A stretch of DNA of 64,000 nt, taken from Candidatus Dormiibacterota bacterium (GTDB lineage: Bacteria > Chloroflexota > Dormibacteria > Aeolococcales > Aeolococcaceae). The translations under genes and the position numbers were made by a program. Positions 29,591 through 37,522 of this stretch are shown here, in pieces. The notes beneath the pieces are model-generated. The model had not been told where the DNA came from and ran no database searches. It worked only from the letters and a program-made list of their open reading frames with translations. The stretch covers positions 5,502-69,501 of the forward strand of contig DATBPD010000107.1 of assembly GCA_036561525.1 (NCBI GenBank), read 5' to 3'. Each line of letters opens with the position of its first letter. Position 1 is the first letter of the stretch.

Positions 29591-30942
29591 GCGGTCGTGC
29601 GGTCGTGATCGGCCTCGGCCGCAGCGGTGCGGCGTGTGCGCGAGTGCTCGCCGCCGATGGGTACGACGTCGTGGTCGTCGACCGCGGCGACAACGACGGG
29701 CTGCGCGAGCTGGCGTCCTCGCTACCCACCACCGTGCGCACGCAGCTCGGCGGCTACCAGCCGGACGTGGTTCGCGGCGCCACCCTTGTATGCCCCTCAC
29801 CGGGCGTGTCCTGGACGGCACCCGAGCTCGAGCTGGCTCGACAGCTGGGCATCCCGGTGCGCAGCGAGATGGCGCTCGTCTTCGAACGCTGCCCTGGCCA
29901 CATCGTGGGGATCACCGGCACCAACGGCAAGACGACCACCACGAGCCTCTGCGCGGCGGTGATCGGTCACGACGGTCGCCGCGTCCATCTGGGCGGCAAC
30001 ATCGGGGCCACGATGCTCGATCGCCTCGACGCCGTGGGCAGCGACGACTGGGTGGTCCTGGAGCTGTCGTCATTTCAGCTCGAGTCCGTGCTGGCGCCAA
30101 GGTGTGAGATCGCCGCTGTGCTGAACCTCAGCCCCGACCATCTCGATAGGCACGGCAGCCTCGAGGCGTACACGGCGGCCAAGCGCCGCGCCATCGAGCA
30201 TGCGCAGTCGTTTGCCGTGCTCGGCTGGGATGATCCGGTGACAAGGTCGATGGCTGCCAGGGCCGCCGCCCCGGTGCGGTTCTTCGGCATCGGCGCGGGC
30301 ATCGTCGACGGCGCAACCGTCGAAGGCCCTGAGCTGGTCATCATCGAGGGCGGCCGTCCGTACGCGGTCATGCCCGTCACCGACATCCCTCTGTTTGGCG
30401 CGCACAACGTCCTCAACGTGCTCGCTGCCACCACGGTGGGCCATGCCGCCGGCGTGCCGGCGCCCCACATCGCGGCCGCCGTGCGGGAATTCACCGCAGT
30501 GCCCCATCGCCTGGAGGTCGTCGCCGACCGCGACGGCATCCTCTGGATCAACGACAGCAAGGCAACCAATGTCGACGCCGCGACGCGGGCGCTGGAGTCG
30601 TTCGACCGTCCGATCGTCTGGATCGGCGGAGGCCACAGCAAGGGCGTTCCCGCCGGCGAGCTCGCCGCCGCCGTCGCCCGCCACGCGCGCCTGGCAATCC
30701 TCAACGGAGACACGGCCGCGGAGCTCGACGCGGCCCTGGCGGCACTGGGCTACGCTTCTCGCGTCGTGGTCGCCGACCAGGACGCCGCGATCGCGGTGGC
30801 CGCCGACCGTGCCATCGCCGGCGACGTGGTCGTGCTCGCGCCCGGCTACGCCAGCTTCGACCAGTTCACCAGCTTCGAGGAGCGCGGGTCGGCGTTCAGC
30901 GCGTCGGTGCAGGCTCTGCCGCCCCGCCGGGAGCCGGCCTGA
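29587..30942 (+). CDS. murD: UDP-N-acetylmuramoylalanine--D-glutamate ligase
   Basis: It has GLGRSG, GITGTNGKTTT, NLSPDHLDRH and NDSKATN. A GTGA overlap joins it to mraY. Confidence 0.95.
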   Translation: MSGRAVVIGLGRSGAACARVLAADGYDVVVVDRGDNDGLRELASSLPTTVRTQLGGYQPDVVRGATLVCPSPGVSWTAPELELARQLGIPVRSEMALVFERCPGHIVGITGTNGKTTTTSLCAAVIGHDGRRVHLGGNIGATMLDRLDAVGSDDWVVLELSSFQLESVLAPRCEIAAVLNLSPDHLDRHGSLEAYTAAKRRAIEHAQSFAVLGWDDPVTRSMAARAAAPVRFFGIGAGIVDGATVEGPELVIIEGGRPYAVMPVTDIPLFGAHNVLNVLAATTVGHAAGVPAPHIAAAVREFTAVPHRLEVVADRDGILWINDSKATNVDAATRALESFDRPIVWIGGGHSKGVPAGELAAAVARHARLAILNGDTAAELDAALAALGYASRVVVADQDAAIAVAADRAIAGDVVVLAPGYASFDQFTSFEERGSAFSASVQALPPRREPA

Positions 30943-32201
30943 TGGCAGCGCGCGCACGGCCTCTGGCGGTTCCGGCGATGCGCCTGCGCGAGACGCTGAC
31001 CGGCGGCCGCGCTCTCAGCCTGGGTGGCGTCGACGGCTGGTTGCTCACGGACATCGCCGCGCTGTGCGCCTTCGGCCTGGTGATGGTGTACAGCGCCAGC
31101 GAGGCGCTGGGATACCTGTGGTTCGAGAATGCCAACTACTTCTTCGAGAGGCAGGTCATCGGCATGGCGCTCGGCGTCACCGCGCTGGTCATCCTCGCGC
31201 GCATCGACTACCACAGGCTGCGCCGGCTGACGCCGGTGGTGGGGCTTTGCATGGTGGCGCTGCTCGTCCTCGTGCTGCTTCCGCACTTCGGCACCCAGGC
31301 CAACGGGGCCCGGCGCTGGTTCACCATCGGACCGCTGTCCGTGCAACCGTCGGCGATCGCCATCCTTGTCGCGGTGCTGTTCTTCTCGAAGTGGCTGTGC
31401 GACCGCGCCCCGGCGGTCCGCACCATCCGCGGTGTCCGCGACTACGGGCTGCTGGTCGGCGTTCTCCTCGCGCTCGTCCTGCTCGAACGCGACCTCGGTA
31501 GCAGCATCATCATCGCGGGCACGGCGATCGCACTGCTCGCGCTCGGCGGGGTGCGCAAGCGCCACCTCCTGGTGCTGCTCGGCGTGGTCATGGTGGGCGG
31601 CTACCTGCTGGTCACGCTGGTCGCATACCGGTCGAGCCGCCTGACCAACTTCACCCACCCGTGTGATGATCCCCTCACCACCGGGTTCCAGGCCTGCCAG
31701 GCCCTGTATGCGCTGGGCAGCGGCGGGTTCGCGGGGGTTGGCCTGGGCAACTCGGTGCAGAAGTACCAATGGCTACCCGAGGCTCACACCGACTTCATCT
31801 TCGCCATCATCGGCGAGGAGCTCGGCCTGGTTGGAACTGTTTCCGTGGTGCTGGCGTTCACACTGTTGCTGTGGCGCGGCGTCCGCGCCTCGCTGCGCGC
31901 TCCCGATGCATACGGGGCACTGCTCGCCGGAGGTATTTCCGCGTGGATTGGGATCCAGGCCTTCGTCAACATCGGCGCGGTCACCGGTGTGATCCCGACC
32001 ACCGGCGTCCCGCTGCCCTTCATCAGCTACGGTGGCACCTCACTGGCCGTGACGCTCGCGGGGGTCGGCATCCTCTGCAATGTGTCGGCGCAGGGCCGCA
32101 GACAGGGAGTGATGTTGCGTGCGCACGTTGATCGCCGGAGGCGGGACGGGTGGCCACCTGACACCGGTGCTGGCCGTCGCCCAGGAGTTGCGCCGGACTG
32201 A
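30942..32201 (+). CDS. ftsW: SEDS-family lipid II flippase/polymerase FtsW
   Basis: It has the SEDS motif LPEAHTDFIFAIIGEELG and about 10 TM segments. An ATGA overlap joins it to murD. Its Arg-rich C-terminal 27 aa overlap the murG start. Confidence 0.9.
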   Translation: MAARARPLAVPAMRLRETLTGGRALSLGGVDGWLLTDIAALCAFGLVMVYSASEALGYLWFENANYFFERQVIGMALGVTALVILARIDYHRLRRLTPVVGLCMVALLVLVLLPHFGTQANGARRWFTIGPLSVQPSAIAILVAVLFFSKWLCDRAPAVRTIRGVRDYGLLVGVLLALVLLERDLGSSIIIAGTAIALLALGGVRKRHLLVLLGVVMVGGYLLVTLVAYRSSRLTNFTHPCDDPLTTGFQACQALYALGSGGFAGVGLGNSVQKYQWLPEAHTDFIFAIIGEELGLVGTVSVVLAFTLLLWRGVRASLRAPDAYGALLAGGISAWIGIQAFVNIGAVTGVIPTTGVPLPFISYGGTSLAVTLAGVGILCNVSAQGRRQGVMLRAHVDRRRRDGWPPDTGAGRRPGVAPD

Positions 32202-33222
32202 CCCCGGCGGCGAGGTGCTCGTCGTGGGTCGGCGTGGCGGCGTCGCCGAAGGGATGGTGACGGCGGCCGGCTTCCGCCTCGAGACGCTGCGCATCTCCGG
32301 GCTTGACGCGGGGAGTGCGGCCAGCCTGACCCGCTTCGCCGCACAGCTGCCGGCGGCGATCGTCGCGGCGCGCGGCATCATCCGCGGTTTCCGTGCCGAC
32401 GTCGTCGTCGGCGGCGCCGGCTACGTCAGTGTGCCGGTGGTGATCGCGGCGCGCACGCTGCGCGCGCCGGTGGCGCTGCTGGAACAGAACGCGTTGCCCG
32501 GGCGGGCCACCCGCCTGCTGGCGCGGCGTGGCAGCCTGGTGGCGGCGTCATACGAGGAGACGGCGGCGCACCTTCGCCGCGCTCGCGTGGTCAACACCGG
32601 CAACCCGATTCGTGCCGAAGTGCTAGCCGCGCCGCTGCGTCCTCTGCGCGACCGCTGCGAGCAGGTGCTCGTGATGGGCGGCTCGCAGGGTGCGCGACGC
32701 ATCAACCGCGCGGTCGCCGGCTGCGTTGCCGCCCTCCTCGAGAGGTTCCCGTGGTTGCGCATCACCCACCAGACCGGCAGCCTTGACATCGACGAGATGC
32801 GCGCCGTCGCCGACGCTCTGCTGCCGGAGTCCCGGTCGCGCTGGGTGCTCAGCCAGTTCATCGACGACGTCGGCGCGGCGATCGCCAGCGCAGACCTGGT
32901 GTTGATGCGCGCCGGCGGCTCCTCGCTTGCCGAGTGCGCGGCGCTGGGGCGTCCCATGATCCTGGTGCCATACCCTCATGCGGGTGATCACCAGCGTTTC
33001 AACGCCGCCCCGTATGTCGACGCCGGCGCGGCGCGGCTCATCCCCGACGCGGACTGCGAACCCGCTCGTGTCGACAGCGAGCTGACCGCCCTGATCGAAG
33101 AGCCCGCTTCATGGCGCCGGATGGCCACAGCGAGCGACGGACTTGGCCGGCGCGACGCGGCGGCGCGGGTGGTGAGCCTGCTGCACGCCCTCAGCGGTGC
33201 TCCGGCGAGAATTCCGGCGTGA
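32119..33222 (+). CDS. murG: UDP-GlcNAc:lipid I N-acetylglucosaminyltransferase
   Basis: It has GGGTGGHLTPVLAV and a GT28 C-terminal domain (MRAGGSSLAE). GTG at 32119 follows a GGGAG Shine-Dalgarno sequence. The gene overlaps ftsW by 83 nt. Confidence 0.9.
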   Translation: MRTLIAGGGTGGHLTPVLAVAQELRRTDPGGEVLVVGRRGGVAEGMVTAAGFRLETLRISGLDAGSAASLTRFAAQLPAAIVAARGIIRGFRADVVVGGAGYVSVPVVIAARTLRAPVALLEQNALPGRATRLLARRGSLVAASYEETAAHLRRARVVNTGNPIRAEVLAAPLRPLRDRCEQVLVMGGSQGARRINRAVAGCVAALLERFPWLRITHQTGSLDIDEMRAVADALLPESRSRWVLSQFIDDVGAAIASADLVLMRAGGSSLAECAALGRPMILVPYPHAGDHQRFNAAPYVDAGAARLIPDADCEPARVDSELTALIEEPASWRRMATASDGLGRRDAAARVVSLLHALSGAPARIPA

Positions 33223-34619
33223 CCGGTCACGTTCACTTCCTCGGCATCTGCGGCTATGCGGTCAGCGGCGCCGCCCTGGTAGCGCGCGAGCAGGGCTGGC
33301 GGGTGTCGGGCTCCGACGACCAGGCCTATGCGCCGACGACCGACATCCTCACCACAGCCGGCATTGACTGGGTCGACGGCAGCGCCGCCGCCAACCTTGA
33401 ACGGTGGGGCGTTCCCGACCTGGTGGTGGTGGGCAACCAGACGCGTGCCGACAACCCGGAGTGGCTCGCCGCTCGCGATCGCGACCTGCCGGTGTGCAGC
33501 GAGATCGAGTTCTACCTCCGCCTGACCGCGGATCGTTGGCGCATCGCGGTGTGCGGAACGCACGGCAAGACCACCACGTCGTCGCTGCTCGCCCACATGC
33601 TCGATGCCAGCGGGATGGACCCGGGATTCCGGCTCGGCTCCACCTCGCTCGACCTCGGCGGCAGCGCCAGGCTCGGCGGTGGCCCCTTCGTTTTCGAAGG
33701 CGACGAATACACCACCGCACCGTGGGACCCGCGCCCCAAGTTCCTCCACATCCAGCCTGCAGCTGCCTGTGTCACCCGCCTCGAGCTTGACCACCCCGAT
33801 GTCTATCCGACGCTGGCAGCGTACCGCGCCCCCTTCATCGAGCTGGTTGGTTCACTGCCGCCGAGCGCTCTTCTCGTGCTCTGCGCCGACGATCCGGAGT
33901 GCGTTGGCCTCGTCGCCCACGCCCGCTGCCGGGTGCTCACCTATGGCACGGTGGCAGACGCGGACTGGCAGGTGCAGATCGGCGACGACCACGACGACCG
34001 GCAGCACTTCACGGTCACGCACGGGGGTTCGTCCACTGCGGTGACGCTCACGTTCCCCGGTGTCCACAACGCCCTCAACGCCACGGCCGCGCTGCTGCTC
34101 GCGACCGACGCGGGTGCGTCGTGGCGGCCGATCGTGCAAGCGTGCGCCACCTTCAGGGGACCCGCCCGGCGGTTCGAGGTCTGCGGCGACGTCGACGGCA
34201 TCACCGTCGTCGACGACTACGCGCACCATCCGACCGAGGTCGAGGCCACCATCGCAGCGGCGCGACTCCGCTTCCCCGGGCGCCGCGTCGTCGCCATCCA
34301 CACGCCGCACACGTATTCCCGCACGCGCACGCTCCTCGAGGACTACAGCCGCAGCTTCACGGGCGCAGACGTGGTGATCCTTGGGCCGATCGAGGCCGCC
34401 CGCGAACGCGGCATGGCCTCGGGCATCAGCAGCCACGATGTCGCCGCCAGGGTCTCGGCTGTTGCGCCGGTGCACGTGGTCGACTCCTCGGATGAGGCGA
34501 TCGCGCTGGTCCAACGGATGGTGCGCGCTGGTGACGTGCTTATCGTCCTCTCCCTGGGCGGCTTCGAGAAGATCGCCGCCCGGCTGGTCCGCTCATTGGA
34601 GGCGTCGCGTGTCCGCTGA
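33219..34619 (+). CDS. murC: UDP-N-acetylmuramate--L-alanine ligase
   Basis: It has GICGYAVSG, GTHGKTTTS, DDYAHHPTE and HTPHTYSRT. A GTGA overlap joins it to murG. Confidence 0.85.
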   Translation: MTGHVHFLGICGYAVSGAALVAREQGWRVSGSDDQAYAPTTDILTTAGIDWVDGSAAANLERWGVPDLVVVGNQTRADNPEWLAARDRDLPVCSEIEFYLRLTADRWRIAVCGTHGKTTTSSLLAHMLDASGMDPGFRLGSTSLDLGGSARLGGGPFVFEGDEYTTAPWDPRPKFLHIQPAAACVTRLELDHPDVYPTLAAYRAPFIELVGSLPPSALLVLCADDPECVGLVAHARCRVLTYGTVADADWQVQIGDDHDDRQHFTVTHGGSSTAVTLTFPGVHNALNATAALLLATDAGASWRPIVQACATFRGPARRFEVCGDVDGITVVDDYAHHPTEVEATIAAARLRFPGRRVVAIHTPHTYSRTRTLLEDYSRSFTGADVVILGPIEAARERGMASGISSHDVAARVSAVAPVHVVDSSDEAIALVQRMVRAGDVLIVLSLGGFEKIAARLVRSLEASRVR

Positions 34620-35535
34620 ATGGCTGGCGGGCTGGCCCGGGGTGCGCTGCAACGAGTCGCTCGCCCGGCACAGTCAGTACGGCATCGGCGGACCCGCGGA
34701 CTTCTTCGTGGGGGTCGACGACCTCGCCACGCTCCCGGAGCTGCTGGCGCGATGCACGGAGTCGAGCGTCCCCGTGACGGTCGTCGGGGCTGGCAGCAAC
34801 GCGCTCATCCTCGACGGGGGAGTGCGCGGGCTGGCAGTGCGGCCGCTGAGCAAAGAGATGAGGGTTGGCAAGGCAGCCGTGACCCTCGCCGCCGGAGCGA
34901 TGATGCCGCGGGTGGCGCTCGATCTTGCCCGTCTGGGCATCGCCGGCATGGAGTGGGGCATCGGCGTGCCGGGCAGCTGCGGCGCCTCCGTGTGGGGCAA
35001 TGCAGGCGCCTTCGGCGGCGACGTGGCAGGCACACTGGTCGAATGTGAGGTGGCTGCCCCGGATGGGACCACTCGATGGCTCAGCGCAGCAGACTGCGGA
35101 TTCTCCTACCGCGAGTCGAGGTTCAAGGGCGATCTGCGTGGTCACGTGGTGATGCGCGGCAGCTTCACCGTCTCTGCGCAGGCGATCCCCACCGTGCGCG
35201 CTCGCACCGACGCCGTGCAGGCGGAACGGAAGCGGACCCAACCGTACGGGGTGCGCAGCCTGGGCAGCACCTTCAAGAACCCGCCCGGGGACTTCGCCGG
35301 CCGCCTGATCGAGGAGTCCGGGCTCAAGGGCCGCACCCACGGTGGGGCGCAGATCTCGCCGAAGCACGCCAACTTCATCCTCAACATCAAGCGGGCGACC
35401 GCCGCCGACGTCCTCGCGCTTGTGGACATCGCACGCAACGAGGTGGCAGCGCGCTTCGATGTCGTTCTCGAGCGAGAGATCGTGGTCCTTGGCGAGCCTC
35501 TGCCGGCCCAGGCCGCGGCCCGGGGCGGGTCGTGA
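34609..35535 (+). CDS. murB: UDP-N-acetylenolpyruvoylglucosamine reductase
   Basis: It has the FAD-binding region GGPADFF...VVGAGSNAL and C-terminal GSTFKNP and GGAQISPKHANF. Confidence 0.9.
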   Translation: MSAEWLAGWPGVRCNESLARHSQYGIGGPADFFVGVDDLATLPELLARCTESSVPVTVVGAGSNALILDGGVRGLAVRPLSKEMRVGKAAVTLAAGAMMPRVALDLARLGIAGMEWGIGVPGSCGASVWGNAGAFGGDVAGTLVECEVAAPDGTTRWLSAADCGFSYRESRFKGDLRGHVVMRGSFTVSAQAIPTVRARTDAVQAERKRTQPYGVRSLGSTFKNPPGDFAGRLIEESGLKGRTHGGAQISPKHANFILNIKRATAADVLALVDIARNEVAARFDVVLEREIVVLGEPLPAQAAARGGS

Positions 35536-36719
35536 CCACCGTCGCCTGCATCTTCGGCAGTCGCTCGGTGGAGCACGAGGTGTCGGTGATCACCGCCCAC
35601 CAGGCGATGGCCGCGCTCGCCCCGCAACACCGCCGCGTCCCGGTCTACATCGCCAAGGACGGCCGCTGGTACACCGGCGAGGCGCTCGCCGACCTGAGGC
35701 GTTTCGGCGACGTGCAGAGCCTGCTGGCGGACTGCACCGTGGTGACACCGCTGGTCGACCCATCGAGTCCGGGCATGACCATCGTGCCGGTGACCACGTC
35801 CCGGCGAGGGCCGTTCGGGCGCGGCAGCAGCGACCCCGTCGACGTCGAGGTGGCGATGCCGCTGGTGCACGGCAACCTCGGTGAGGATGGCACGCTGCAG
35901 GGGTTGCTCGAGATGGCGGGCGTACCGTACACGGGCAGTGGCGTGGCCGCGTCGGCCATGGCGATGGACAAGCGTCTGGCCAAGACGGTGCTGCGCGCAG
36001 CGGGCCTGCCGGTGCTCGACGACGTGTGCATCGAGCGCGAGCAATGGCGCGTCGACCCTGCTTCGGCGGCCCATCGTGCCGAGGAGCTGGCGCCCTACCC
36101 GCTCTACGTCAAGCCGGTGAACCTGGGATCGAGCATCGGCGTTGCGCGAGTCACCGACCGGGCTGCGCTCAGCGCTGCGCTCGAGGTGGCGCTGACCTAT
36201 GACCAGCGCTGCATCATCGAGGCGGCCCAGGAGGGAATCGTGGAGATCAACTGTGCAGTGCTCGGCGATGAGAGCGGGGCGCGTGCATCGCTGCTCGAGC
36301 AGCCCACCAAGCGCGGGCTGCTGACCTACGACGACAAATACCGCTCGAAGGGCGGCAAGGCGTCGGGCGCGTCCGCTGGGATGAAGGGTGCGCAGCGGCT
36401 CATCCCCGCGCCCCTCGAGCAAGCCCTCGCGGAACGGATCACCGAGGCCGCGCTGGACTCGTTCGCGGCCATCGGCGCCTCCGGCGTCGCCCGTATCGAC
36501 CTCATGATCGACCCCGCGGCCGGGGCGCTCATCGTCAACGAGATCAATCCGATCCCGGGCTCCCTCTCCTTCTACCTGTTCGAGCCGGCGGGGATCTCAT
36601 TCACCGCATTGCTCGACGAGCTCATCCAGATCGCTCAGCGCCGCCACGCGCGGCGCGCCGCGAGCACCGCGGTGTTCGATCGCTGGATGCTCGGTGGTGG
36701 CCCCAAATCGTCGAGGTGA
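35532..36719 (+). CDS. ddl: D-alanine--D-alanine ligase (long form)
   Basis: It has an ATP-grasp fold with GEDGTLQGLLE, the omega-loop YDDKY and NEINPIPG. A GTGA overlap joins it to murB. Confidence 0.9.
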   Translation: MTTVACIFGSRSVEHEVSVITAHQAMAALAPQHRRVPVYIAKDGRWYTGEALADLRRFGDVQSLLADCTVVTPLVDPSSPGMTIVPVTTSRRGPFGRGSSDPVDVEVAMPLVHGNLGEDGTLQGLLEMAGVPYTGSGVAASAMAMDKRLAKTVLRAAGLPVLDDVCIEREQWRVDPASAAHRAEELAPYPLYVKPVNLGSSIGVARVTDRAALSAALEVALTYDQRCIIEAAQEGIVEINCAVLGDESGARASLLEQPTKRGLLTYDDKYRSKGGKASGASAGMKGAQRLIPAPLEQALAERITEAALDSFAAIGASGVARIDLMIDPAAGALIVNEINPIPGSLSFYLFEPAGISFTALLDELIQIAQRRHARRAASTAVFDRWMLGGGPKSSR

Positions 36720-37522
36720 GCGGTGCGCAGGAGCCACGCGGCTCCGGGCGCGGCGCCGCACACGAAGGTGAGGAACCGACCGCCGCGGTGGTCGAGGCTG
36801 GGACTGGGCAACCGCTTCTGCTCCTCCACGGCTGGGGCGCCACCAAAGAGCTGATGCTCCCCATCGCTGACCGCCTGGCGGGCTATCGCGTCATCGTCCC
36901 TGACCTTCCTGGCTTCGGTGCCACCGAGTCGCCACCGAGCGCGTGGGGCGTCGACGAGTACAGCGCATGGGTCATCGCGCTGCTCGATCGACTCGGCGTC
37001 GCGCGCAGCCACATCGTGGCCCATTCCAACGGTGGGCGGATCGCAATCGCGCTCGCCGCAGCTTGCCCGGAGCGCGTTGCCAAGCTGGTGCTCACCGACA
37101 GCGCCGGAATCCGCCCCAGCCATGGCCCGCGGTACCACTGGCGGCTGCGCACCTTCAAGCTGCTCCGCGCGGCGGCGCGGTCGCACCGCCTTCCCGCGGT
37201 GGTGCGGCGCGCGGCCGCGAAGCGCGCCGACCGCCGCGGCAGCGCCGACTACCGGGCGGCGTCGGGGACGCTGCGCGCCAGCATGGTGCGGCTGGTCAAC
37301 GCCGACCTGCGTGCGCAGCTCTCGCGGCTGCGAGTGCCGACACTGCTCATCTGGGGCGACCGTGACCAGGAGACGCCGCTCAGCGACGGTCGCACCATGG
37401 AACGGCTCATCCCCGACGCCGGCCTGGTCATCCTCGAGGGATCCGGGCACTTCGCCTACGCCGAGCAGCCAGACCGGTTCTGCCGCATCGTCGATGTCTT
37501 CCTGGAGGGGAGCGCGGGGTGA
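36716..37522 (+). CDS. alpha/beta hydrolase embedded in the mur operon
   Basis: It has LLLLHGWG, the nucleophile elbow HSNGG, the acid in GDRDQETP and His in GSGHFAY. GTGA overlaps join it to both ddl and the murF-like gene. Confidence 0.85.
   Translation: MSGAQEPRGSGRGAAHEGEEPTAAVVEAGTGQPLLLLHGWGATKELMLPIADRLAGYRVIVPDLPGFGATESPPSAWGVDEYSAWVIALLDRLGVARSHIVAHSNGGRIAIALAAACPERVAKLVLTDSAGIRPSHGPRYHWRLRTFKLLRAAARSHRLPAVVRRAAAKRADRRGSADYRAASGTLRASMVRLVNADLRAQLSRLRVPTLLIWGDRDQETPLSDGRTMERLIPDAGLVILEGSGHFAYAEQPDRFCRIVDVFLEGSAG

Noticed and set aside
32119-32201. The 83-nt overlap between ftsW and murG, considered as a sign of a frameshift.
   Set aside because: Both reading frames carry coherent family motifs up to the overlap. 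The Arg-rich FtsW tail is plausible as a cytoplasmic C-terminus. No frame discontinuity is visible within either gene.
33219-34619. The possibility that the murC-slot ligase is really an Mpl-type (tripeptide-adding) ligase, which would have fitted with the missing murE.
   Set aside because: The N-domain (GSDDQAY, VVVGNQTRADNPE, GDEYTTAPWDPRPKF) does resemble E. coli Mpl from memory. But Gram-positive MurC enzymes share these features, the C-terminal blocks (DDYAHHPTE, HTPHTYSRT) are MurC-like, and murD is present next door. I cannot discriminate the two without a phylogeny.
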